From positions 10,602,001 to 10,666,000 of the forward strand of contig JAWMAR010000034.1 in assembly GCA_036785375.1 (NCBI GenBank): DNA of 64,000 nucleotides. The letters run 5' to 3'. The stretch is from Leucoraja ocellata. Taxonomy: Eukaryota. Numbering within the stretch: position 1 is the first letter of the stretch; every line of letters begins with the position of its first letter. Shown here in pieces: positions 1-10,829 of this stretch. The position numbers and the translations under genes are program-made. The notes beneath the pieces were generated by a model. It worked only from the letters and a program-made list of their open reading frames with translations. It made no database searches and was not told where the DNA came from.

Positions 1-119
1 TAATAACTGTAAGCAATATGAATTCAAGTTAATCAATAGAAGGATTGAATGAGTATTGACTTTTTTTTCACATGGTTAACAGGGATCTGAAACTTGTTAT
101 CTGAAAGGCTAGTGGGTGT

Positions 120-320
120 AAAAACATAGAAAATAGGTGCAGGAGTGGGTCATTTGGCCATTCAATATGATCATGGCTGAAATTCCAAAATCAGTGCCCT
201 GTTCCAGTTTTTCCTCATCTCAGTCCTAAATGGCCTTATACCCCTTATTGCTACACTGTGACCCCTGGTTCTGGACTTCCCCAACACGGGGAATATCTTT
301 CCAGCATCCAGCCTGTACTA
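120..320 (-). mobile_element. CR1/HER1-type LINE 3' end fragment
   Basis: Reverse complement of the GATCAGCCATGATCATATTGAATGGC...CTCCTGCACCTATTTTCTATG tail also seen at 5661-5830. Confidence 0.7.
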
Positions 321-499
321 AGTTCTGACATAAAGGGCATCCATCCAGGCTGAAGGGATGCCTGCATTTTTTGCCAATATCAACATCCTCAATTGTTTAA
401 AATCAAATTATATCAACAATCGTCCTTTGTGATTACAGAATCGACCAACTTGAGTCAAGTTCCAGTTGGAATCAGTGTAAATTTAAGTAGACGGGGAGT

Positions 500-1265
500 T
501 GAGTGACTCCTGTACAGCATCTTGTCTTATTTACAAATGGGCTTGCCAGTTCCAGACATCTCTGGATAATGATGGCGGTGGAGGTATAATAAGGCATAAG
601 GTAGCCTAATCGGACAAAGACTAGAATAAGCTGGATAGAGGTGAAAAGAAATTAAGAAAAACTAAAAGAAGTGGCAACATTGCTGTCAGATAAAATTAAA
701 TTGAATTTCTGACTATATTAAGAATAGGATGATTGGTATGGAAAAAAAGTAGTGTCTGTTAGGACCAAAAGAATGTGGGTGAGTTCTCAATGAATATAAC
801 TGCACGATAAAGGGCTATTGTGACAATGGTATTTAGGAAATATGTGGCAAATTGGATGGGGTGAGTAAACGAGGACCTATTAGGTGGAGTTTCTTTGAAA
901 ATGGATAAATTGCCAGGCCTAGAATTATATGTGAAGCATGTTAAAAGAAGCAAGAGCAAATTGCTGAGGCTCTGATCATTTTGCAGTCATTTCTGCCTGC
1001 AGGAGTGGTGCCAGGGAATTGTCAGGCTGCTAATATTGTACTGTTGGTATAACAGGGAGGAATGGATAACCCCCCCCCCCCCCCCAAAGTGCAAGGCTAT
1101 TGTTTTAGCTTTGGTTATGGGCATATTCTTGGATCATTTGCGAGGGATGATATAAACCTTCATTTAGATGGTCATAGATAAATTAAGGACAGTCAGCAGG
1201 GATTTAAGATTGTGTCTACTTTAATTTCAAGGAGTTCTGCGAGGACAATGCAGTAGATATGATGT
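500..1265 (+). mobile_element. Degraded CR1 ORF2 fragments
   Basis: Recognisable CR1 RT-region pieces (GCTAATATTGTAC, AAGGACAGTCAGCAGGGATTT, GCAGTAGATATGATGTATGTGATT); no open frame. Confidence 0.5.
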
Positions 1266-1284
1266 ATGTGATTGTAATTAACAT

Positions 1285-1490
1285 GACAGTGCAGCATTTG
1301 TTGCTGCAGCCTCACAGTTTAGATGAGTTGGGTTTGATCCTGAGCTCTGGTGGTGTCTGTATGGAGTTTGCCCTGTGCATGTTTCCTTTGTCTGCTCTAC
1401 AGTGTCCCATATCCTAAAGATGTGCTGGTAGGTTAATTGGCTAATGTAAGTATAAATTGCTCAAAGTGGGTAAGTGGTATAGAATTGAGG
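1285..1490 (+). mobile_element. HE1/V-SINE-type tRNA-derived SINE, diverged
   Basis: GGGTTTGATCCTGA B-box-like motif, TGTCTGTATGGAGTTTG, AAAGATGTGCTGGTAGGTTAATTGG. Confidence 0.65.
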
Positions 1491-2375
1491 GATGAGGGTC
1501 AGTTATAGGACCGCTGGGAAATAAGAGTGGATGAATGACACTGATAGGATTGTTGTGTGGGAACTTGTTTGACTCTGGACCATATCTTAAATGAACTAAG
1601 CAACTAATTTGGCAAATTTAACAAAGACCCTCGCAGCAGACTGGTTTGAAATGTCATTGGAGCAAAACTTGTACATGTTGGTATTCTGAAAATAACCCGT
1701 CAGAAGGACATACAGGTCCAGCAGCATCTGTGGTGAATGAAATAGTTAGTGTATGAGTCGAGGGTCTTTTGAATGCTTCCAGCATTTTCTGTTTTGGTCA
1801 AAGAATGTAAATTTCCATTGGATTTGAAGAGTAATGTCTTGATCCAAATTTGGATCAGTGGCATAAAGCAGAGAGTAAGGATTGACAGATTTATTTAATA
1901 ATTAGAAGGCTCGTTGCATTGGGATTCGCCAAAGCCTTTCATTTTATACATATTATTGACAGATTTAAGTATATGAGAGAAAGCAAATAACTTTCCCAAT
2001 GATACAAAAATTGGCCATAAAGTTCAAGAAATAAATTACTTTACCTGCCGAGTTCTTCCAGGAGGGTCTATGGAGGTAAAGGGATGGTTGCCATTTCAGT
2101 TGAAGGACATTGTCAAAGAGCAGTAAGAAAGGGACTTTCATTGAAGAGAAGTGAAGAGTTAGATGAGTTATGGGAATTTCCAGTTAAATGGTGTACCCAT
2201 ATAATACCCTTTATCTCACTATGTATAGATTTGAACCTGATTTAATAGGAGTGTTATTTGGTGCTTGCTAACACAATAGTCATTTGGTGATTGTGGTTAA
2301 TTCATGAGTTGAGACATAGTAACTGCTGTCCCCGCTTCAGGTATCTGACTTGAAGCATTAATTTTGTGTTTCAAT

Positions 2376-2800
2376 GGTCCTTTAATGTCACGTGTTCCGA
2401 GGTACAGTGAAATTTGATTTACCATATATTCATTCAAAAAAAAGCAACAAGGTACATAACTACATAAAGATTAAACATACACTTAAACAGCCACCACAGC
2501 GGCGTGTGAGAATCTCTAAGCCATCAGTTCAATGTCCGGGCTACTCACATGCTCGTTCATCGTGATGTGACCAGAGTTGTACCAACTGCTGCCACTCTCT
2601 CTGCAGTCCCTGTCTGCCCGAACAATCAGAAAAGCTGTCTGCACTCGCACCAGACGGGATGTCCTCATGTGGCGATGTCCCTGCAAAACGCCGAGATCAC
2701 GGCACTCGCGGCACTCCCTCCGAGTCCTCACCAGTGCAGGCAGCCGTTCATCTTGTTTTCGGTGACCTCACATTCCCCACTGTGATGGAAGGCAAATAAC
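2376..2800 (-). mobile_element. Rex1/Babar-type 3' tail joined to a CpG-rich repeat segment
   Basis: TTTAATGTCACGTGTTCCGAGGTACAGTGAAA is the reverse complement of the tail at 9765-9800; the adjacent 2500-2765 segment is CpG-rich and unassigned. Confidence 0.45.
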
Positions 2801-3642
2801 GTATACCTTCTTTCCAGAGCTGTTGCTTGGCCTACTGTGTGTTTCCAGCATTCTATTTTTATTTCAGATTTGTGACTTCTGCAAAGTTTTTAAATTTTCA
2901 CTACTTGACACTTGAGGCCTTGTGGGCCCTGCAGTAATAGTGGTAATAGGCAAGTAATAGTGACCAAATCTGAGACAGACTCAGCCAACATTTCAGAATT
3001 GTCCATTTTCAGATTGCTCTTTCACAGTTCCCTGTTTTCCGAAAGAATGGGGTTTTCTTTGGAGTGTATGTGCATTCTATTAGATGAATGCCCTTTTACT
3101 TGTTCAAGTGCCTAATTTTCATAAGATACTGGGTACGTAATGTTTGGGAGCAGGATGCTTCACAGTAGCACTGTTTTCCATTCTGATTTTGAGGGAAGAG
3201 GAGGCAGTGTCAAGCACTGGATGTTCAGCCTAGGGTTGTTTTTGCTGTGACAGAAATTGGGGGTTGACTTTTAATGGGAAGCACTGAAGTGTTATACTCT
3301 TGGTCTGAGATATTCAGGTCGGAGCAATAATCAAAGTCACAGTTGAAAATTATAACTAGCTTCAGTATAATGTGAAATATATACGGCTTTAACTTTTTAA
3401 ACCCCTTTTACCATCATTACACAATGTCTTGGTTGTTTTGCATTGCATCCCTGTTATTATTTCTGCCTGGAATTGATGATTGATGCTGGACTGTAGATCT
3501 AAATGGCATTCAATGCCTCTTTTGGTTATTGATGGGTTATTTGATTGTGGAAAGTGGGTCTATTTTTATCCAATGTCCTATGACAAATCTTCCAGCAGAG
3601 GGAGCAATGTGTATGTTTGTTTATCTCACAGTGAAGCTAACT

Positions 3643-3774
3643 TTCTGAAGAAGGATCTCGACCCAAACGTCACCCATTCTTTCTCTCCAGAGATGCTGCC
3701 TGTCCCGCTGAGTTACTAAAGCTTTTTGTGTCTATCTTCGATTTAAACCAGCATCTGCAGTTCCTTCCTGCATA
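3643..3774 (+). mobile_element. Penelope-like pLTR repeat (hammerhead core mutated)
   Basis: CTGAAGAAGGATCTCGACCC-AAACGTCACC...CCAGAGATGCTGCCTGTCCCGCTGAGTTACT; CTAACT direct repeat at 3637-3642 and 3775-3780. Confidence 0.75.
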
Positions 3775-4149
3775 CTAACTATTTTGACTTGTCTTTGATT
3801 AGGTACCTTGAGTTTGCTACATGTAAAACATCTTTCTGGTTTGTAAGATTCTATATTCATGCTTACCCACTTAACCTTGGAGCACCCCTATTTTGCAGAA
3901 GAGATCCTTCCATGGTGTTTTACAAGCTTCACAATTTAACTGCTTTGTTTGTGTGAGCACTGAGTTACTTGGATGAAACATCCCCTTTTCTGTTCTTTGC
4001 TCACCATTCACTGATATTTGCAATGAGAGTAACTTTTGGATGGCATTAAAGTGCTCAATACAACTTCGGAATAAGAGATTGTCCTTGGTGGTACAGCATG
4101 TCCCTGTTAGGCAGAAATTGTAAATTCAAACACAAATATTAGAGACGAA

Positions 4150-4400
4150 ATAACATATTTTCTGAATTCAATACTGGTCATGGAGCGTGGAAATGTTCTG
4201 ATTCTCGGTTAAGAGTTGAAGCAGAGTTGCTGCAAATGTGCTCAAATGGGCATAAGGGTCCATGGTGCTTTTGAAGAGTGGTAGGTTATGTTGTTCTACC
4301 CATGTTTTCTTGTTCAATAGACGTTAAAAGAATGACAATTTGCCATCTTGTTGTGCATTTGTGGATCTACATTGTGTATATTTGGGCTGTTGCATTTGAA
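4150..4400 (+). mobile_element. Ancient Deu-domain SINE remnant (SacSINE1/AmnSINE1-like)
   Basis: Diverged match to the recalled Deu domain (AAATGGGCATAAGGGTCCATGGTGCTTTTGAAGAG...); similar remnants at about 40290-40600, 46490-46660 and 57990-58140. Confidence 0.45.
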
Positions 4401-4599
4401 AATAATTTCTCATCTATAATCAGTTTAAAATGAACCTTTCTGGACTTATTTATAAAATACATGCTTAATTTGTATCCTGGAGTCTATTTTCCGTATTAAG
4501 CATGAATGTTAGAAATAAGTTCGGAGTAATGATCATTTAAAATCTACTTGAGGAAGAATAGTCCTGTTAAATTACAATCTGGTTAGAAATTAGTAGGCT

Positions 4600-4975
4600 G
4601 GGGGGGGGTGACCTTACTGTGGTATCAAGATTATAAGGGGCATGGATAAAGTGAACGCTTAGTCTATTTTCCAGAGTAGAGGATTCTAAAACTAGACGCC
4701 AGAGGTATAGGTGAGAGAGGTGAGATTTAAAAGACACCTTAGGGGAGATCTTTTCACTTGGAGGATAGTCCGTATCTGGAATGTGTTGCTAGAGGAAGCT
4801 ATAGAAGGAGATGTAATTGCAACTTTTAAGATATCTGGGCAGATTTATAGATATTGAGGGTTTAGAGATATGGGCCAAATGGGACTAGCCCAGAATGGGT
4901 TACTATGGGACTAGCCTAGTTGGCATGGGCAAAGTGCGCTGAAATGCCTGTTTCTGTACTGTACAGCTCTATGGA
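4600..4975 (+). mobile_element. CR1 LINE 3' fragment
   Basis: GGGGTGACCTTACTGTGGTATCAAGATTATAAGGGGCATGGATA...GCCTGTTTCTGTACTGTACAGCTCTATG. Confidence 0.75.
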
Positions 4976-5616
4976 TTGAGCTGAGATATAGACTGAAATA
5001 TTCCCATGCAGTTTTTGATATGTCGTTATTTGAGTGGCGAATGAGGCTGGAAACCGGAGATTCAGCTAAAAGTGAATATTCTAGTCATCTGTCAGGTGGA
5101 ATTTATGTAGAAGCATACATTTAAGTTGTTGCAATATGATTCATTGATTTGTTCAGAATTTGCAGAAGGAATGGTCGGGTTGAGTTTGGTGGCAATGGGC
5201 TTAAATTGCTCAATGCATTAAATAATGACTAATTAGTTTTCAATTTTGGTCAATGGACATTTCTGGCTATGTGTAAGAGCTAAAACGTAGTCTAGCCCGG
5301 ATTAGTGTAGGTTTAAGTGTAAAAGGCACCTAATATTGATAAACTTGTAATTTGTGCCTTTAGTGCTCTCTACCTGATGGCAGAATCTCGTGAGGAACAG
5401 TGGCCCTCTCCTACCTTGTCAAAGTTATCTGACTATCAATGACATTCTGTTTAGAAAAGGAAAGTTGGAGGAGTAGGCTTTTTTTTTAGAGTGAATAGCA
5501 AAAATAACCTTGGTGCTTAATCTCTTGATCCCTTTTTGTCTGTTTCCCCCAAATGATGCAGCTCTCTGACGAATCTACTATATGGACAAATAAAATAATT
5601 CATCACCAACAAGCTT

Positions 5617-5914
5617 GGTCTGAATATGGGTCTTGACCCAAAACGTCACCTATTTCTTCTTTAAGAGGGAGTTAGATGTGGCCCTTGTGGCTAAAGGGAT
5701 CAGGGGGTATGGAGAGAAGGCAGGTACGGGATACTGAGTTGGATGATCAGCCATGATCATATTGAATGGCGGTGCAGGCTCGAAGGGCCGAATGGCCTAC
5801 TCCTGCATCTAATTTCTATGTTTCTATGTTTCTCTCCAGAGATGCTGCTTGACCCGCTGAGTTACTCCAGCTCTTTGTCTTGTGTAAACCAGTAACTGCA
5901 GTTTCTTCTTACAC
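5617..5914 (+). mobile_element. Penelope-like pLTR repeat split by a CR1/HER1 3' end (5661-5830)
   Basis: GGTCTGAATATGGGTCTTGACCCAAAACGTCACC, then a CR1 tail ending (TTTCTATG)2, then CTCCAGAGATGCTGCTTGACCCGCTGAGTTACTCCAGC. Confidence 0.75.
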
Positions 5915-6683
5915 GGTTTGGGAATAAACTAATTTGCATATATCCCAATACAGAACTAACAACAGGAGTTCAAACCTAACCTATTGGGAGGAGAAAAGCT
6001 ATACAGTAGCTTACACGAAGAGCCAGTAAAGGAGTTCTGCATTTTAAAAGGTATTATGGGATTTTACTTGGAGAAAGTGTACTTAGTCACAACTTATTAC
6101 TCTTCAGTTATATATCAGCAGCAGATGCATAGTGGACCAGATCTCCTAATAGCTGATTGTCAGCCATTTGTTGTAATGAACCGGACAGGAAACATAATTT
6201 ACAATGCACTTGGATGACGTTCCAAGAACTCCTAATGCTCTTGGTCTTAGAGGAAGTACCGATGCTGCTGTGAATCTGCCTCGTCATTTTATAAAAGAAC
6301 TCTCCTTCCTCTACATAGAGATAAGTGCAGGCAACATGGCTATCAAGGAAGTCACCTGATTTGTGACCAAGTTCATTAAATTTTGCATATCAAATTGAAT
6401 AATCACTTTGCATTTTGTTTTTAATGTTTGTACAAATACTCGTAAAGAATGGTCCGTCTTATTAGTACTGCTCAATTTAGTTGTTCTGCTCTACATTTTG
6501 TACACTATTTCTCTCCTTTGCTGAAGTCCACAAAGTGCAATTCTGATACGTCACTACTGGAGGATTAATTGTGCCCACCAAATCGTATGTACTGCCTTGC
6601 ACAAAGTACAGTAAGGCTGACACTGGCACAGCTGGTAACGCTGTTGCCTCAGTGTTGGAGACCCGGTACAATCTTAACCTTGG

Positions 6684-8216
6684 GTATAGTATAGTATATC
6701 TTTATTGTCATTTTCCTGAGTACTCACATTCCCAGAGGAAACAAAAAAACGTTGCTCAACCAGTGTCCATTCAGTGTGCAGTTAAAAATAAATAGAAATA
6801 AAAATACATATATCATGAACAAATTAAACACTCTACTCTCTACTAAACATCAACAGGCGTTCCGATCGGCAGCGGCTCTGCTGCAGTGTGTCCAGGTTGG
6901 TGGTTGGTGCGCGATACTTTGGCAGGGGGCAAAGTCCGTTTATCAGTCTTATAGCCTGCGGGAAGAAGCTGAGGAACATCCTGCTGGTTTTGCAGCTAAT
7001 GCTCCTGTACCTCTTCCCAGATGGCAGGATGGGGAATATGTGATGCGATGGGTGGTAGGGGTCTTTGATGATGGAGATGGCTCTGCTGATACATCTCTTC
7101 CTGTATATGTCCAGCAGGAAAGGGAGTGGAGCACCAATAATCCTGCTGGCGGTCTTCACAATCCTGTCCAGTTGGTGCCGTTCGTACGCCTTGCAGCTCC
7201 CGAACCAGGAAGTGATGCCGTAGGTTAATGTGCTCTCGATTGTCCCCCTATAAAAAGTTTGTAGTGGGGAGACCTGCTTTCCGTAGTCTTCGGAGAGGGT
7301 GTAGTCGCTGCTGGGCTCTCTTGACCAGAGCTGTGGTGTTGGTCGTGGACGTCAGGTCATCTGACAGGTGTAGTCCTAGGAACTTCACGCTGCTGACCCT
7401 TTCCACATCAGCTCCATCTTTTATGTGCAGAGGTGTTGTTTTCCCACCCTCCTGAAGTCAACCACCATCTCCTTAGTTTTTCCCACGTTGAGAATGAGGT
7501 TGTGGGATTTGCACCATCCTGTGAGCAACTCCACCTCTATCCTGTACGCCAACTCATCATTGTCACTGATGAGACCCACCACTGTTGTGTCATCAGCGAA
7601 CTTGTTGAAGAAGTTGTTGTTGAGTCTAGCAGTACAGTCGTGTGTAAGCAGACTAAACAGCAGGGGGCTTAGGACACAGCCTTGGGGCGAGCCAGTGCTC
7701 ACGGCTATGGTTTTTGATGTCCTACTGCCCACCCTGATTGTCTGCTGCCGTTGCGATAGAAAGTTCTGGACCCAGTTACATGTGCCAGCATCAACCCCCA
7801 ATAGCTCCAACTTCTCCACCAGCTGCTGCGGAATGATTGTGTTAAAAGCAGAGCTGAAGTCTATGAAGAGGATCCTGGCATAAGTATTTTTCCGATCGAG
7901 GTGTGACAGTACGAGGTTCTGTGTTGTTGAGACTGCGTCCTCTGTGGATCGGTTGGCTCTGTAGGCGAACTGCAGTGGGTCTAGGTCGGCAGGTAGACTA
8001 TTTTTGATATGCTGCATAACCAGTCGCTCAAAACACTTCATTACTATGGGTGTTAGAGCCACTGGTCGAAAGTCATTATGACAGGCTGGGTTTGGTTTCT
8101 TCGGGACAGGGACGATGGTGGCACTCTTAAGACAGTTGGGCACTACTGCCTGGCTGAGTGAGATGTTAAAAATGTCTGTGAAGACATCTTTCAGTTGCTC
8201 GGCGCACTCTTAAAAC
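6684..8216 (-). mobile_element. Rex1/Babar non-LTR retrotransposon, 5'-truncated and frameshifted
   Basis: ORF 7421-8143 has RT motifs ([30 protein letters not shown]); ORF 6833-7159 is the C-terminal part; AATAAA and (TATAC)n tail at the 6684 end. Confidence 0.92.
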
Positions 8217-8479
8217 GCATTCTGTGTGGAGTTTGTACATTCTCCCTTTGACCATGTGGGTTTCCTCATGATGCTCCCATATCCCATGATTTCCTCCCAT
8301 ATCCCAAAGAGGTGTAGATTTGTAGGTTAATTGGCCTCTAATTTGTACCTTTAGTGCTTTCTACCTCTGCCCGTCGGAAACCAGCACCACTGCGTCGCTA
8401 ATGTTTTCAAAGATAACAATGAAAAATAATAATAAAATTGCCTTTAGCGTGTATGCGAAAGTGGGATAATATAGAACTA

Positions 8480-8600
8480 AAGATAGACACAAAAAGCTGG
8501 AGTAACTCAGCGGGATAGGCAGCATCTCTGGAAAGAAGGAATGGGTGAGGTTTAGAGTCGACACCCTCCTTCAGACTGGTTAGGAATAAGGGAAATGAGG
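8480..8600 (-). mobile_element. Penelope-like pLTR repeat
   Basis: AGACACAAAAAGCTGGAGTAACTCAGCGGGATAGGCAGCATCTCTGG...CCTTCAGAC. Confidence 0.75.
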
Positions 8601-8992
8601 GATAACTAGTATGAACAGATTGGCGTGGATTTTCTTGGCTGAAAGGCCCGTTTCCGTAATGTTTCTCTAAATTTGAAAGCATAATTTCAAAAGTTTAAAA
8701 TTCACCAGGTGGATAAACAAACACAAGGCGGTAATTACTTAATGAGATTAGGTGGTGGCAGTAAATTCCATTGCAGATGCTTGTAGCAATTTTTTTATTT
8801 TTTGTCAAAAGGACAGTGACTCTGGCAATGCTGTTCACATAATACAAAATCCTGCAGTACCATTCTGTAAAAGTACAGCTGGGAAGAAAATGTTCTAAAG
8901 GTTATAATCAGAGTCGTCTTTGTTAATGGTCTTTGCCAACTTGAGTGTTTGGTTTTATCATCCTTTTCATATGAACACCGGAACCCCACATG

Positions 8993-9806
8993 GATGTGTT
9001 CTAGTTCCCCTACTATATTCCCAATACACCCAAATTTAGCTCTAACTTCATCTTACAAGATTGTAGATGACACTGTGGTGAGCCAGATCACAAACAATGA
9101 TGAGATGGAGTAGAGAACTTAGTAACATGGTTCAAGGCAGTAACCTCTCCCTCAGTATCAACAAGACGAGGAAGCTAGTGGTGCCGAAATAGAAATGGCT
9201 GAGAGCTTCTAGATGGTAAATATTACCAACTGTATGTCATGGATCAACCACCATGAAGTGACAGCCAAGAAGGCATACCAATACCTTTACTTACTCGGGA
9301 GAATGAGGTAATTAGGCACATCTCCAATAACTCTTACAAACCTCTACAGATGAACCATAGAAAGCATACTGTTGGGTTGCATTACCGCTTGGTTTAGCAA
9401 CAGCTCTGCCCAAGACCACAGAAAATTGCAGAGTTGCGGATATAGCCCAGTCCATCGCACAGACCACACTTCCCACCATTGACTCCATCTACTCCTTCAT
9501 GCTGCCTCTGGAAAGTAGCCAACATCATCAGAGACTTGCCCCACCCAAGCATGGTCCTTCCATAAACGTCCGTAAACTGTCCAATTCGCCTCTATCCCAT
9601 CGCGGACATTGGATTTTGTCTCTGCAACTGCTGCGTAATAATGCTGAGAACTATTTTCTGCACTCGGTATCTTTCCCATTGCTCTTCACGTCATACTTCA
9701 GTTTGACTTGATTGTATTTATCTATAGAATTATCTGATTTGATTGGATAGCCTGCAAAGCAAAGCTTTTCACTGTACCTTGGTACACGTGACATTAATAA
9801 ACCTAA
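8993..9806 (+). mobile_element. Rex1/Babar LINE 3' fragment, degraded
   Basis: GGATGTGTTCT (GCVL), GTAGATGACAC (xDDT) and ACCATAGAAAGCATACT remnants; tail TTTTCACTGTACCTTGGTACACGTGACATTAATAAA. Confidence 0.8.
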
Positions 9807-10578
9807 GACAGTGGAAGCAAATGTTATTATTTTACTTGGTTTGAAGACATGCACCTTCATTGCAACTACAAAACATCGCCAGCCAAGCCATTTGTTTTAA
9901 TTAGTCTTGGACAAAGGAATGCAAGAATTGTCAAATGCAGTGCATGCGCTTATAGTGCTTATAATTAAACTGAGCCTTACTGCAGTTGGATGACCTGGCC
10001 TGTTCTGATGCAGACAGTGAGCAAGTTACCTGAAGTGATAGAAATTATACAATATGAAATTGAGCCATAAGCACATGTGGCAGTTGGAGCAGAGGAAGAC
10101 TACTCAAGCGCACTCAGCATCCTCAAGACTGCCCTGGTATTGATTGTGATCATAGGTGCTCTGTCCCAGGCCTATCCTCTTGCAGTTCTCCATAGCTTCC
10201 AATTCACTAATATATCAAAAAATGTTTCTTTTTCTGTTTTTTAATAATTACTTCAGTAAACTATCGCTGTAACATGATGAAGAGCTGTTTCTTAAGATTA
10301 TGTTGGACCATATTATAACTATATAGGAGGCCACAAAGAGTTCAGAGTATGAAAATGAATTGAAGTGGCATTCAAAAGGAAGTTTAAATCCCTGCATTCT
10401 GAATGCAGGTTGAATTTCTGTTTTATTGTGTACATTATATATTAAATTGCACTGTATACTAAATACTGTACGCTAAATTGGAAGAAGGGCAAGTAAGTTG
10501 CTGCTCTGCCCGGAAGGACCATTTGTCTCACTGGATGGTGTTAAGGGATGAAATAAAAGAGGTGTTGCATTTCAGACC

Positions 10579-10717
10579 TTCTTCTTTTGTGTGGTGCGCA
10601 CAGCCTAAAGTTGTTAGACAACTTGTTTGTTGTTGTTGATCTTCCGTTTGTGCACGTCGAGTTGATTGCATTAGTAGAAACAGGGCGGACCACGTGAAGG
10701 TTGCAATCTTCCACCCC
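10579..10717 (-). mobile_element. 139-bp non-autonomous retroposon with ribozyme head and (AAG)n tail
   Basis: Perfect 12-bp TSD GCATTTCAGACC at 10567-10578 and 10718-10729; minus strand ends AAAAGAAGAA; no tRNA A/B boxes seen. Confidence 0.9.
10664..10717 (-). ncRNA. HDV-like (CPEB3-type) self-cleaving ribozyme motif, minimal P4
   Basis: Minus strand reads GGGGUGG AA GAUUGCA ACC UUCACGU GGU CCGCCCU G UUUCUA CUAA UGCAAUC: P1 7 bp with G1.U, P2 7 bp perfect, P3 3 bp, L3 UUCACGU, J4/2 C-U-A-A; structure read by eye. Confidence 0.8.
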
Positions 10718-10829
10718 GCATTTCAGACCAATCATTAAACATTTAAGTACTACTATTCGTAAATCAGTGAAATCGATACAGAGACAAACCGGCCAGTCAG
10801 CAGCCTGCCGACAAACTCTACCTGACTCT

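Larger units (their letters stand above)
6620..8670 (+). mobile_element. HE1/V-SINE host copy split by Rex1 and other insertions
   Basis: 5' half ...GACCCGGTACAATCTTAACCTTGGGT ends at about 6685; it resumes GCATTCTGTGTGGAGTTTGTACATTCTCC at 8217; 3' part runs to about 8670. Confidence 0.7.

Noticed and set aside
6752-7883. Plus-strand ORFs of 152-158 aa
   Set aside because: Antisense shadows of the Rex1 RT region.
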